Source of the DNA: Myxococcota bacterium
GTDB lineage: Bacteria; Myxococcota_C; UBA6777
Direction: 5' to 3'
Assembly (NCBI GenBank): GCA_023150835.1
Contig: JAKLKB010000092.1
Coordinates: 1 to 36,160 of the forward strand
Length of the DNA: 36,160 nucleotides
The first letter of the stretch is position 1; each line of letters begins with the position of its first letter. The notes below the pieces were generated by a model. It was given only the letters and a program-made list of their open reading frames with translations. It did no database searches and was not told the DNA's origin. Of the stretch, positions 1-8,657 are shown one piece after another. Position numbers and translations under genes: made by a program.

Positions 1-1124
1 TTGGGCGCAACCACGAAGGGCGCAAAAGGCAGCGCGAGGCCGAGGTCAGGGCTGGATTCGGAGGTCCACACCATGCCCGTCACACGCAAGGGCGCATTTC
101 CCGTGTTGCGCACAAGAAATGTCTTGCGTTCTGTTTTCGAGGGCAACGTGCGTGGAAACTTCAGCAGCGGGTTCTTGCCTTCGGCGGTGTCGCAACGACG
201 GGCTTTTGCAAAGGTGTCTTCTCGACAATCCAACCGTTCGTCGAGCAACTGACAATCAAGCGCTTCTGTACAGGGCGGATACACGGGAACCAAGGCGATC
301 TGAGGAACGGTTGTGATCCCTTTGACAGCGATCTGGGCCTTCTCTTCGTCATTTTCAGCAGGCAGATTGGTTTCGAGTAGATAGATCCCCTCGTCTTTTC
401 CCGGTGGGAAGTCGGAGGGCTTGTAACGGATGCGGATCGTGACGCCCGATCCATCGGGTGGGATGCGCAAGGGAAGCTCAGGCGAAAGCCAAGCAAAGTC
501 GCTTGGTGCGTTACCTTCTTTGCGTTTATAAGAAAAGCCGTTAAGCAAAAGCGGCGCAGTTCCGGCATTTTTGACTTTGCAAGCGAGTTCTTTGGATTGG
601 CCGAGGGGGACTTCGCCAAAGTCGAGGGTATCACCACAATCAAACAAGGGGCCGAACTTTCCGCGTTCTGCGGGCATCGGGACGTAAAAATAGCCGTCTT
701 CATCGGTGTTATCGGCACTGGGAGCAAAGAAACGCATCCGGGCGTTGGAGACACCGGGCCGACGGGCGCGAAAGCGCACCGAAAAAGACACCGCGTGTTG
801 GATGCCGGGCGCAAGCGTAAACGGTTTTTGCGAGGACGGAGACTGGAGGATCGCGTAGATCCCTTCGGGGTCATCGATGATCCCAAACGAGATCACATTC
901 AAGGGTTGTGTGCCGTCGTTGTACAACACAAAAGGCTTGGTTTGACTCAGCCGTTGGACTTGATCAAAACGCAGGGCATTTTCGGGCAGATCGGTTTTGA
1001 GTTGGCGTGGCCCGATCTCTGGGTCGGTTCGCAACGACACGCCACACTGACAGCCCTGTACAACGGCCACCCACAACAAAACAAGAAAGAGGCCCCAAAT
1101 TTTTTTTGTTGATGTTGTCATCAT
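1..1124 (-). CDS. Lipoprotein with Ig-like ASH/choice-of-anchor-D-type domains (runs off the window start; not in the ORF track)
   Basis: Manual translation from ATG at 1124 gives MMTTSTKKIWGLFLVLLWVAVVQGCQCG, a signal peptide with a lipobox-like QGC. The frame is open to base 3. It contains TLDFGEVPLGQSKELACKVKNAGTAPLLL and LKFPRTLPSKTERKTFLVRNTGNAPLRV, motifs typical of ASH/Ig-like repeats. GGAG lies upstream. Confidence 0.8.
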   Translation of the reverse strand, partial: MMTTSTKKIWGLFLVLLWVAVVQGCQCGVSLRTDPEIGPRQLKTDLPENALRFDQVQRLSQTKPFVLYNDGTQPLNVISFGIIDDPEGIYAILQSPSSQKPFTLAPGIQHAVSFSVRFRARRPGVSNARMRFFAPSADNTDEDGYFYVPMPAERGKFGPLFDCGDTLDFGEVPLGQSKELACKVKNAGTAPLLLNGFSYKRKEGNAPSDFAWLSPELPLRIPPDGSGVTIRIRYKPSDFPPGKDEGIYLLETNLPAENDEEKAQIAVKGITTVPQIALVPVYPPCTEALDCQLLDERLDCREDTFAKARRCDTAEGKNPLLKFPRTLPSKTERKTFLVRNTGNAPLRVTGMVWTSESSPDLGLALPFAPFVVAP

Positions 1125-1554
1125 GGAGCTCCCGCTCGCTCAATAAAGAGACTTGCGATCCATTCGCCATCCCATCGCGCACTATAACGCAGCTTTTCCC
1201 ATCGAACAACAGGGGAAGACTGCAAAACTTTTTTGTTGTTCTCCCAAAAAGCCGCCGCAACCTTCGGAAGACCTTTAGACAAAGACAGACGGTCTCAAAA
1301 CAAAGGCTAAGCAAAAGCAAAGCCAGAACCGAACAGAACCCCGCGAACAGCCGCCCCTCCAGCAAGATGCTTGGATCGCAGCAAAGATTCCGTTGGGCGT
1401 TCCATGCCATCCGAGGCGTTGTGTTGTTGCCTTTTCCATACATCCAAGACCTCTCGATGCCTTGGTCTGTTTGCGCTTCGCTGTTTGTGCGACCTTGCGC
1501 TGTCAGCGAACTTTTGCTAGACAGCAGCCCCAACAGAAAAGCAAAAGCCTCTAT

Positions 1555-1652
1555 GAGGCCCATGCGTTGTGCCTTTTCGATGCAAAAGAGGCCCATGCGT
1601 TGTGCCTTTTCGATGCAAAAGAGGCCCATGCGTTGTGCCTTTTCGATGCAAA
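1555..1652. repeat. 33-bp tandem repeat x3
   Basis: Unit GAGGCCCATGCGTTGTGCCTTTTCGATGCAAAA starts at 1555, 1588 and 1621. There are no spacers. Confidence 0.95.
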
Positions 1653-1678
1653 CGACCGAAAGAACGGACAAAACGAAG

Positions 1679-2713
1679 ATGCCAGAATCGTACGCAGCGA
1701 TGACGTTGGTGGCTCCGAGAACCTTCGAGCAACAGCAGCGCCTGTTGACACCACTTGCGCCGCACGAGGTGTGGTTGCGAGTGCGCACAACAGGCGTGTG
1801 TGGAACGGACATCGCGATCTACAAGGGGCAATACAAAGTGCCGCTTCCTCGGGTGCTTGGGCATGAGTTCTGCGCAGAAGTCGCACGGATCGGAGATCAA
1901 GTGCCACCAAGCTGGCTGGATCGTCGCGTCGTCGCGGAGATTAACAACGCCTGCCCAGAGATTAAGGCCAACGCCAACTGCCCGACTTGTGGCCGTTTGC
2001 ATCCCAATCACTGCGCCAAGCGCACCGTCACAGGGATCATCCGAGCGGACGGTGCTTTTGCAGAATACGTCCGTGTACCTTTCGCAGCGCTGCACGCACT
2101 ACCCGACGAGATCAGCGACGAGATCGCGATCTTTGTGGAGCCGATGGCTGCGGCGCTTCAGACCTTTGTGATGCGGCCTCTCGCGAACGGAGAGCGCGTT
2201 GCGGTGCTTGGGGCGGGGCGGCTGGGTTTGTTGATCATCGCCGCAGCACGAGCCTCTGGAGCCCAAGTGATCGCGATCACACGCTCTGAAATCCGCAAAC
2301 AATGGGCTTTGCACTTTGGGGCCGAAGCCGTTTTTTCTCCCCACGAAGAAAGCGAACAGGATCTGCGCTCCGTCTTTCACGGCCATCTCGCTGATGTTGT
2401 GGTCGAGGCCACAGGAACCCCCGAAGGGATGGCAGAAGCAACGCGCCTCGTCCGCCCACGCGGAACGATCTGTCTCAAGACCACTTTGGGCATCCCCTCA
2501 GAGATCGATCTCACCAAGATCGTCGTCGATGAAATACAGCTCTCTGGATCGCGTTGTGGCCCTTTTGCCTCCGCCATCCATTTCCTTGAACAAACGCGCA
2601 TCCCTCTCCAACGCTTCCTCCTCGAACGCTTTCCTTTGGCCCAGTTGGCCTCTGCCATGAAAGCCGCCAGACAACCGGGAAAAGTTCTTGTTTATCCAAC
2701 ACTTGAAAAATAG
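1679..2713 (+). CDS. Zn-dependent alcohol dehydrogenase (MDR family)
   Basis: GVCGTD, VLGHE, a 4-Cys structural Zn cluster (C..CPTC..NHC) and a GAGRLG Rossmann motif. Start placed at MPESY (1679); the upstream extension in the ORF track does not look like part of the enzyme. Confidence 0.9.
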   Translation: MPESYAAMTLVAPRTFEQQQRLLTPLAPHEVWLRVRTTGVCGTDIAIYKGQYKVPLPRVLGHEFCAEVARIGDQVPPSWLDRRVVAEINNACPEIKANANCPTCGRLHPNHCAKRTVTGIIRADGAFAEYVRVPFAALHALPDEISDEIAIFVEPMAAALQTFVMRPLANGERVAVLGAGRLGLLIIAAARASGAQVIAITRSEIRKQWALHFGAEAVFSPHEESEQDLRSVFHGHLADVVVEATGTPEGMAEATRLVRPRGTICLKTTLGIPSEIDLTKIVVDEIQLSGSRCGPFASAIHFLEQTRIPLQRFLLERFPLAQLASAMKAARQPGKVLVYPTLEK

Positions 2714-2870
2714 AACACGTTTCAAAAAAAATTTTTTCTCCCGCAAGCAACCTTCCCAAGCATACTTCGATAATCTTCTATGAAAGCGGTCAAACAAATC
2801 GCGAACAAAACCTGCCCATACATCGGGCAGTTTGCGCAACATAAACCCCAATCCTTTTCGGGAGGCTCCT

Positions 2871-3968
2871 ATGTCCGTCAATCAAATCCAAGGTGGTGCA
2901 GCGTTTTTTGGTGCAGCAGTTCAAATGGCGACCCAAAGTGTCCAAGTCGCCCAACCCAACACCCTCCAACAAATCGGTGGCTTGCTCAAGAGCATCGGAA
3001 ACTTCTTCCAAGCCGCTGGCGATCTCGCCGGTAAAGTGGGCGGATTCGCACAACAAGCTGGCTTTGGCGCTGGCTTTGTTCCCCGCCCCGGTGCCGAAAC
3101 CATGCAACCCTCCATGCCCGTTGGCTTTGGCGGTGGTTTCTTCGGTGCTGGCGCAGGTATCGGCGCTGCCGGTGGTGCCGCAGGCGGCTTCTTCTTTGGT
3201 GGTGTTGTCGGTGCCGGTGGCGTCCAACAACCCTCCGTCCCCGAAACCAAAGGTGGTATCGAGCAAATCGGCCCCAACAAGTTCAAAACCCCCGGTGGTT
3301 TCACCGTCGAAGCCGAAGGCAAAGACGCTGCTTGGAAGATCACCACACCCGAAGGCAAAACCACCCGTATCTGGGGTGACCCGCACGTCAACGTCAACGG
3401 CAAACAAGCCTTCGACTTCAAAGATCAAAGCAGCTTCGTCCTTCCCGACGGAACCAAGATCACCTGCCACACCAAACCCGTTGGCAACGGCCCCGATGCA
3501 CCGACCCTCAGCACCAAGATCGATATCATGAACGGCGATCAACGCGCAAGCATCGACGGCATCCACACCGGAAAACCCGAATCCACTGGCGTCAAAAATG
3601 ACCGCTGGGAAGTCGATGCAGCCACCAAAGACGGCAGCTACTTCGCGATGGGCAACAACGGCGACAAGTGGTTCCTCAACGGCAAAAACGAGATCACCGG
3701 TGGAAACGCCCGTACCGGCGAGATCTACACCAAAGGCACTACCGAAGCTGGCGCTGGCGGCGGCGTCTCCGACATGGCACAAAACGCAATGCAAGAAGCC
3801 CCCAAGTTCGGCAACCAAGAGTTCTTCCAAAACATCATGATGAACCTCATGAACATGATGATGCAACAAATGATGCAGCAAATGTTCTCTGGCTTCACCA
3901 ACCGCTTGTTCGGTGGCGATCAAGATCAACAAAACCAAGAACCCAAAGGCCTCGGCGCTTTCATCTGA
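2871..3968 (+). CDS. Gly-rich DUF1521/MIIA (GDPH autocleavage) domain protein
   Basis: GGAGG RBS at 2861-2865 and ATG at 2871. Contains TTRIWGDPHV (GDPH at 3375-3386) followed by FDFK..SSFVLPDGTKIT. The N-terminus is Gly/Phe/Ala-rich and the C-terminus is a Met/Gln-rich helix. No Sec signal. Confidence 0.8.
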   Translation: MSVNQIQGGAAFFGAAVQMATQSVQVAQPNTLQQIGGLLKSIGNFFQAAGDLAGKVGGFAQQAGFGAGFVPRPGAETMQPSMPVGFGGGFFGAGAGIGAAGGAAGGFFFGGVVGAGGVQQPSVPETKGGIEQIGPNKFKTPGGFTVEAEGKDAAWKITTPEGKTTRIWGDPHVNVNGKQAFDFKDQSSFVLPDGTKITCHTKPVGNGPDAPTLSTKIDIMNGDQRASIDGIHTGKPESTGVKNDRWEVDAATKDGSYFAMGNNGDKWFLNGKNEITGGNARTGEIYTKGTTEAGAGGGVSDMAQNAMQEAPKFGNQEFFQNIMMNLMNMMMQQMMQQMFSGFTNRLFGGDQDQQNQEPKGLGAFI

Positions 3969-3974
3969 GCCCAG

Positions 3975-4078
3975 CTTCTCTCCCCCCTTCTCTCTTTTTC
4001 TCCCCCCCTTCCTCTTTCTCCCCCCCTTCCTCTTTCTCCCCCCTTCCTCTTTCTCTCCCCCCTTCTCTCTTCTTCTCC
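3975..4078. repeat. Polypyrimidine tract with imperfect ~18-bp tandem units
   Basis: About 100 nt of C/T only on the + strand directly after the stop codon, with units like CCCCCCTTCCTCTTTCTC. Confidence 0.9.
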
Positions 4079-4328
4079 GCTCATTCTTTTCCCATATCTC
4101 TTTCGTATTTTGTAGTTGAACCGCAATCAACCAACCCTGCATTTTTTTCTTTGATCACGAAAAGGGCTTGGCGCAAAACACACCTTGTGGTAGGTTGCAA
4201 GCGCGATCCCGTTTGTATTCTCGATCACCGCACCATCGCGCTTTATTACGCCCAAATCGTGCGGTCATAGGCTGAGACGTTGCCTTGCAAAGCGAGCAAG
4301 GAAAATACACTGCACAAGGAGATAATGG

Positions 4329-5549
4329 ATGACAGAGCAAACACCCAAATCAATTCGGGCGTCTTTTGCGGAGATGTTGGGACCCGATTCCGCTGTTCGC
4401 GTGGGCCTTGGAGGATGGGGGATCCCCGGCCTCGAGACAGGCGAATCTCCAAAGCCTAACCTCGGCTTGATCCTTGGCTACTGTATGGAAAAAATCGCCA
4501 TCCAATTCCGCCTGCTTCGCGGCCTCAGCCTCGAAAGCTCGACTCTCCAACAAAGCCTGTCCTCGATGGTCGGCGGAACGATGGGTGGACGCATCGGAAA
4601 AGGCGGAACATCGGCTTTTAGCAGAAAACAAAAAGAGGCGATGGATACCGCAAAGATGGCCGTTGATCAGTACAAAACGGACAAAGAGCAAGGACTCAAA
4701 ACAGTACGTGGCTTGGCGGGATTGAGCGAACCGATGCGAGAACTCGGAGCAACCGAAAAGATCCCGATGATCGAGATCTTGGTGCAAAACCTCCCTGCGA
4801 CGCGGCACAGCGAGCTGCATCGCGCCGTCCTGAACGTTCTCCGCAGTGCTCGCAACGAAGAAGAGTTCCGCCAAATCGTCGATGCAGCGGGGGGAACCAA
4901 AGCGCTGAAAGACAAACTCAACGATGCAGATCTCGGTGCGTTGCACGCCCTTTTGGAAGAATTCGGCATGGAGCCTTGGAATGTTCCCCTCAAACATTCG
5001 CTGTTCCAACACCCCGATACCACAGACAATCAGCACAGTTCATTTGATGGATTGAAAGAACAATTTACCAACCAAAACGCTGTCCAACTTCTCAATGACG
5101 ATGGGATGGAGCGTTTTCTGTTGGGCGATATCAACGCTGCCGAGCTGATGGGGCTTTCCCGCGAAGAACTCTACATGATCGCCAACCGTGGCTACGAGCT
5201 GATCGAACAAGGCAAGCTGCCGCAAGCCTTGCGGATCTTTGATGGCCTTGCTTATCTCGATCCAATTGATGCTTATTTTTACACGGTGCTTGGTTCGATC
5301 CGCCAAAAGATGAACCAGTTGGAAAGCGCGCTGGCTTGCTACAACCAAAGCCTCTCCCTCCAAGGCTGGAACTTGACCGCGTACGCCAATCGCGGCGAGA
5401 TCTTCTTTAACCAAGGCAAACTCACCGAGGCATTGATCGACTTTCAGCGTGTGATCGCCCTCGATCCTGACGCCAAAAATCCTTCCACCATGCGCGTTCG
5501 CACCTTGATCGCCGCGATCCAAGAAGCCGTCAACCAAAAAACAGCCTAA
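4329..5549 (+). CDS. TPR protein: unknown N-terminal domain plus C-terminal SycD/LcrH-like (class II T3SS chaperone-like) TPR domain
   Basis: AAGGAG RBS. The C-terminal segment AAELMGLSREELYMIANRGYELIEQGKLPQALRIFDGLAYLDPIDAYFYTVLGSIRQ..ALACY..YANRGEIF forms three TPRs with the SycD-like N-terminal cap. Confidence 0.75.
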   Translation: MTEQTPKSIRASFAEMLGPDSAVRVGLGGWGIPGLETGESPKPNLGLILGYCMEKIAIQFRLLRGLSLESSTLQQSLSSMVGGTMGGRIGKGGTSAFSRKQKEAMDTAKMAVDQYKTDKEQGLKTVRGLAGLSEPMRELGATEKIPMIEILVQNLPATRHSELHRAVLNVLRSARNEEEFRQIVDAAGGTKALKDKLNDADLGALHALLEEFGMEPWNVPLKHSLFQHPDTTDNQHSSFDGLKEQFTNQNAVQLLNDDGMERFLLGDINAAELMGLSREELYMIANRGYELIEQGKLPQALRIFDGLAYLDPIDAYFYTVLGSIRQKMNQLESALACYNQSLSLQGWNLTAYANRGEIFFNQGKLTEALIDFQRVIALDPDAKNPSTMRVRTLIAAIQEAVNQKTA

Positions 5550-5551
5550 CC

Positions 5552-5605
5552 CCCACTTCGCCCTTCCCACTTCGCCCTTCCCACTTCGCCCTTCCCACTT
5601 CGCCC
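5552..5605. repeat. 14-bp tandem repeat x4
   Basis: CCCACTTCGCCCTT is repeated immediately after the stop codon at 5549. Confidence 0.9.
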
Positions 5606-5657
5606 GCCCTCGTTTCGATCCGCGCCGTCGTTTGGACCGAAACGCATCCGTATGCGC

Positions 5658-7718
5658 TCAATGCGGTTTGAGCGGGTAGATGTCTTCGATCTCGGTATTG
5701 GACTCGAAATCTTTGGTCGCGTAGGCATGGTGTTCTCGGAACTTGCTTTCATCGACCCCAAGGGACGGAGGATACAGCGATTCAAGAAGAGCCAAAACAA
5801 AGCGATCGCGAAAGTTGAGAGTACACTGCGAACGGGCCGCTGTTTCGCCGATATCGGGAGTGGTGCGCACCAAGATCAAGTTCTCTTCGCGCATCAGATC
5901 GATCCAACCTTGGCGTTCTTCTTCGGTCTCTCCAAAAAAATCATCGTGGCGTAATTTTCCCTCGATCTCCGAAAGATCGGCAACACCGCTGCGATCTTGC
6001 ATTTGTTGAATCATCTCCAAGATCCGCAAGACGCGTGCGCGTGCTTCTTCGGCGACGGGGTGTTTCAGATCGAGGTGCGCACCGCGTGCAGGATGTTGGC
6101 CCGGGCGCGGATCATGGGTCCGTATCTCGATAATGCCCTTCTCTCGGGCAGAACGCACGACGGCGTTGCAAAACGCCCGATCCAAACTGCGACCCATCAC
6201 ATGAAACAGCGTCGACATCGGCATCCACCCCGCCACCACCGCATCATTGTTCGAGATATGCAAGTAATGTTCGACCACGACCGTCAATCGGAAGAAATCC
6301 AACGGTCGTAGCGTTAACGTGCGGCTCAACGCATCGGTTTCTGCATCCAACGCCGTTTCGTCATCGATCTCTTCGGGTTTTCGAGAAAGATGTTGCACCC
6401 ACGCATGATCCGGAACCAAGCGCAGCAACGTGGGTGGATCGCGCATCTCTCCTTCGATCGCACGCGGGCGCCCCCGAAAAGCATGCAAAAATCCGATGGC
6501 AACGAGGAAATTACACCACTCCTTCAAACGCAGTCGATCCAACCAATCCTGCATGGCTTGAAGCGCCGGCTCCGCCACCAACTCGTCTAACAGCTTGCTA
6601 AACGACACCCCGTGCCAATGGGGGTTTTGCTCCAACAAACGCTGCATCGTCGCCAAGACCAACGCGGGGACCTCACGACAACGCCGATACAGATCTTCTG
6701 CTGCACCAAGTGTATACTTGTACTTTTTGCGAAACAGCGGCGCGCCACCCTCTTCGACTTCTAACGCATAAATGCCCTTCTCTACGGCCTGTTCGACGAT
6801 TTGTTGCAGTTCATCCGCGCTGCTCATCAAAGACCACTTCTCCAACTCCTCCCGCAACCGACTAAATGTCACATACTCCCACCACGGGTTGCGCGACAAG
6901 ATGATCTCCAACGCCCACACCAACTGCACCCAACGAAACTCTTCATCAAACGACCACACGGGCTCCGAAGCGCGTTCAACCACTGTCGGCTTCAACAATA
7001 CCCGCCGTCCTGTGGGAAGTTCTGTCTCCGAACGCTCCAAAAAGCCCTCACGTACAGCTTGGTTGATATAAAACTGCGCTTCGACGTCCTCTTCGCACAT
7101 CCCCCGCTCGACCATCAATCGCGCAAGCATATGAAACGACATCCCATTCCAAGTGCGGCGCTTGAGTTCTTCTTGCAGCACACGCTGCATCCAAATATAA
7201 AACGCCGCAGGCTCCATATTTTGCGGCGTTTGTAGCGGTATCAGCGCACCTTCTTGTTCGACGACCTCCAAAAACGACAACACTTTGACCCCTTCGGGAA
7301 CAGATATCTGTTCGGGATCTGCGACGATCAACGTCACCCGAGAGTGCTGTTTCGCCAAGATGCGCGGAAACACGTAGTCTCCGCTCACAAGGATGATCCG
7401 ATCCACATCCTCGCTTGAAAGTGTTTCTAATTTCTTTTCGATGGCTTGTTCTGTGTAACTGCGATCCGCTGGACGCAGCAGGTACAAACAGTCAAAACCT
7501 TGGGCCGTCAAGATCGCTTGGGCGCTTTGATCTTGCCGCTTGTGCGGTAAAAATCGATCCCACTCCGCCCACATCATCGCCCAGCGAACAGGCTCAAAAC
7601 GTTGCGCAAACCGCAACAGATCTTCCCCGATCTGCTTGTGGTTCAGACGACAATACTCTTTGCGCTGTAGCACAAATGACAAGTTCTCATAATCCACAAA
7701 TATCGCCACGCCCGACAT
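5658..7718 (-). CDS. NYN (LabA/DUF88, PIN-like) domain protein with multiple C-terminal winged-helix-like repeats
   Basis: N-terminal VAIFVDYENL and IILVSGDYVF motifs, AAGGAG RBS, and about five repeats of the pattern W.gvsFs.L...(helix)...AV..G. Confidence 0.8.
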   Translation of the reverse strand: MSGVAIFVDYENLSFVLQRKEYCRLNHKQIGEDLLRFAQRFEPVRWAMMWAEWDRFLPHKRQDQSAQAILTAQGFDCLYLLRPADRSYTEQAIEKKLETLSSEDVDRIILVSGDYVFPRILAKQHSRVTLIVADPEQISVPEGVKVLSFLEVVEQEGALIPLQTPQNMEPAAFYIWMQRVLQEELKRRTWNGMSFHMLARLMVERGMCEEDVEAQFYINQAVREGFLERSETELPTGRRVLLKPTVVERASEPVWSFDEEFRWVQLVWALEIILSRNPWWEYVTFSRLREELEKWSLMSSADELQQIVEQAVEKGIYALEVEEGGAPLFRKKYKYTLGAAEDLYRRCREVPALVLATMQRLLEQNPHWHGVSFSKLLDELVAEPALQAMQDWLDRLRLKEWCNFLVAIGFLHAFRGRPRAIEGEMRDPPTLLRLVPDHAWVQHLSRKPEEIDDETALDAETDALSRTLTLRPLDFFRLTVVVEHYLHISNNDAVVAGWMPMSTLFHVMGRSLDRAFCNAVVRSAREKGIIEIRTHDPRPGQHPARGAHLDLKHPVAEEARARVLRILEMIQQMQDRSGVADLSEIEGKLRHDDFFGETEEERQGWIDLMREENLILVRTTPDIGETAARSQCTLNFRDRFVLALLESLYPPSLGVDESKFREHHAYATKDFESNTEIEDIYPLKPH

Positions 7719-8008
7719 CTAGCACTCCTTGTTCCTCGGAAAAACAGCGCGCGAGTGACACAAGCTCCGCAGCAAAGCAAAACACAAAGGGTCGCTCGCT
7801 TTTGGCAGCGACCCTTCCTTCTCTGTCGCCTGCGCTTCGACTTCCGCTCAAACCTTGTTTGTTCGTTTGTTCGAGAGCCGAAAGAACACCGAAAATCCTC
7901 AACCCTTCGCTCGTGTCCGGTGTAGTGTACGTCGCTGCGCCCCCTGTGACAAGAGGCATTTTTTCGCGCTCTACCCCACGCCGCTCTGCCTTCGTGCAAA
8001 TTTAGCGG

Positions 8009-8037
8009 TTGCCTTTTCGCAAACGATCTGCTAAGTT
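8009..8037 (+). promoter_or_regulatory. Candidate sigma70 promoter for rpsU
   Basis: TTGCCT-N17-TAAGTT with an extended -10 TG at 8029-8030. Confidence 0.35.
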
Positions 8038-8205
8038 TACTGCCGCTTCGCAAGTTGACTTCTCTGGATCATCACGCAAATCCCTGAAAAGTCTATCAAA
8101 TCAAAAATACGCCCCGTGATCCTCGCAACACAAACTGACTGCGTTTGGGTCGTGGCTGGGTGTCTGATCGAAACAAGAAGAACAAAGAAAGGATGGAGAA
8201 CTGGA

Positions 8206-8418
8206 ATGGCAGAAGTCCGAGTGAAAGAGGGCGAGTCGTTTGAACGCGCAATGAAGCGTTTCCGTCGTGCAGTGGATCGTGCAGGTATCCGTAAAGAATG
8301 CCGCCGCCGTATGTTTTACGTCAAGCCGAGCGAACAACGCCGCATCAAGCGTCGTCAAGCTGAGCGCCGTCGTCGTAAAGCCCTCCGCCGCCAACGCTTG
8401 CGCGAAGCTGGGAACTAG
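8206..8418 (+). CDS. rpsU: 30S ribosomal protein S21
   Basis: MAEVRVKEGESFERAMKRFRRAVDRAGIRKECRRRMFYVKPSE..., with a GGAG RBS. Confidence 0.95.
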   Translation: MAEVRVKEGESFERAMKRFRRAVDRAGIRKECRRRMFYVKPSEQRRIKRRQAERRRRKALRRQRLREAGN

Positions 8419-8538
8419 AGAACGCCCTCCCCGCCGTTGTCTCCCCTCCGTCTCTCTCCCCCTCTATGGATAATTTTTCCCCCTCTCAAACCGATCCCAA
8501 ATACGATATCCGAGTGATCTGTGATCGAAGAAGAGCGC

Positions 8539-8582
8539 GTAGACGCCCGATTGTTGGGCCCCACAGGGGGCTGCCTCTACAT
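8539..8582. repeat. GTAG-type REP-like palindrome (family A)
   Basis: GTAGACGCCCGATTGTTGGGCCCCACAGGGGGCTGCCTCTACAT resembles the reverse complement of 25504-25548. Confidence 0.65.
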
Positions 8583-8657
8583 TTTTACGATCACGCAACG
8601 GGCGGATTTCGTATCACGCGGTTTGATGCGGTAGGGTTCCACCCCATCGCGCAGATC

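Noticed and set aside
161-1112. ORFs 161..886(-) and 597..1112(+)
   Set aside because: They overlap the better-supported minus-strand lipoprotein frame starting at 1124.
1555-1652. CRISPR array (33-bp repeats)
   Set aside because: The repeats are directly adjacent with no spacers and there are no cas genes.
1007-1678. N-terminal extension of the dehydrogenase ORF
   Set aside because: It overlaps the divergent gene and the 33-bp repeat. The MDR fold begins at about 1679.
2790-4142. 450-aa minus-strand ORF
   Set aside because: Antisense shadow of the GDPH protein. Its N-terminus is just the purine tract translated.
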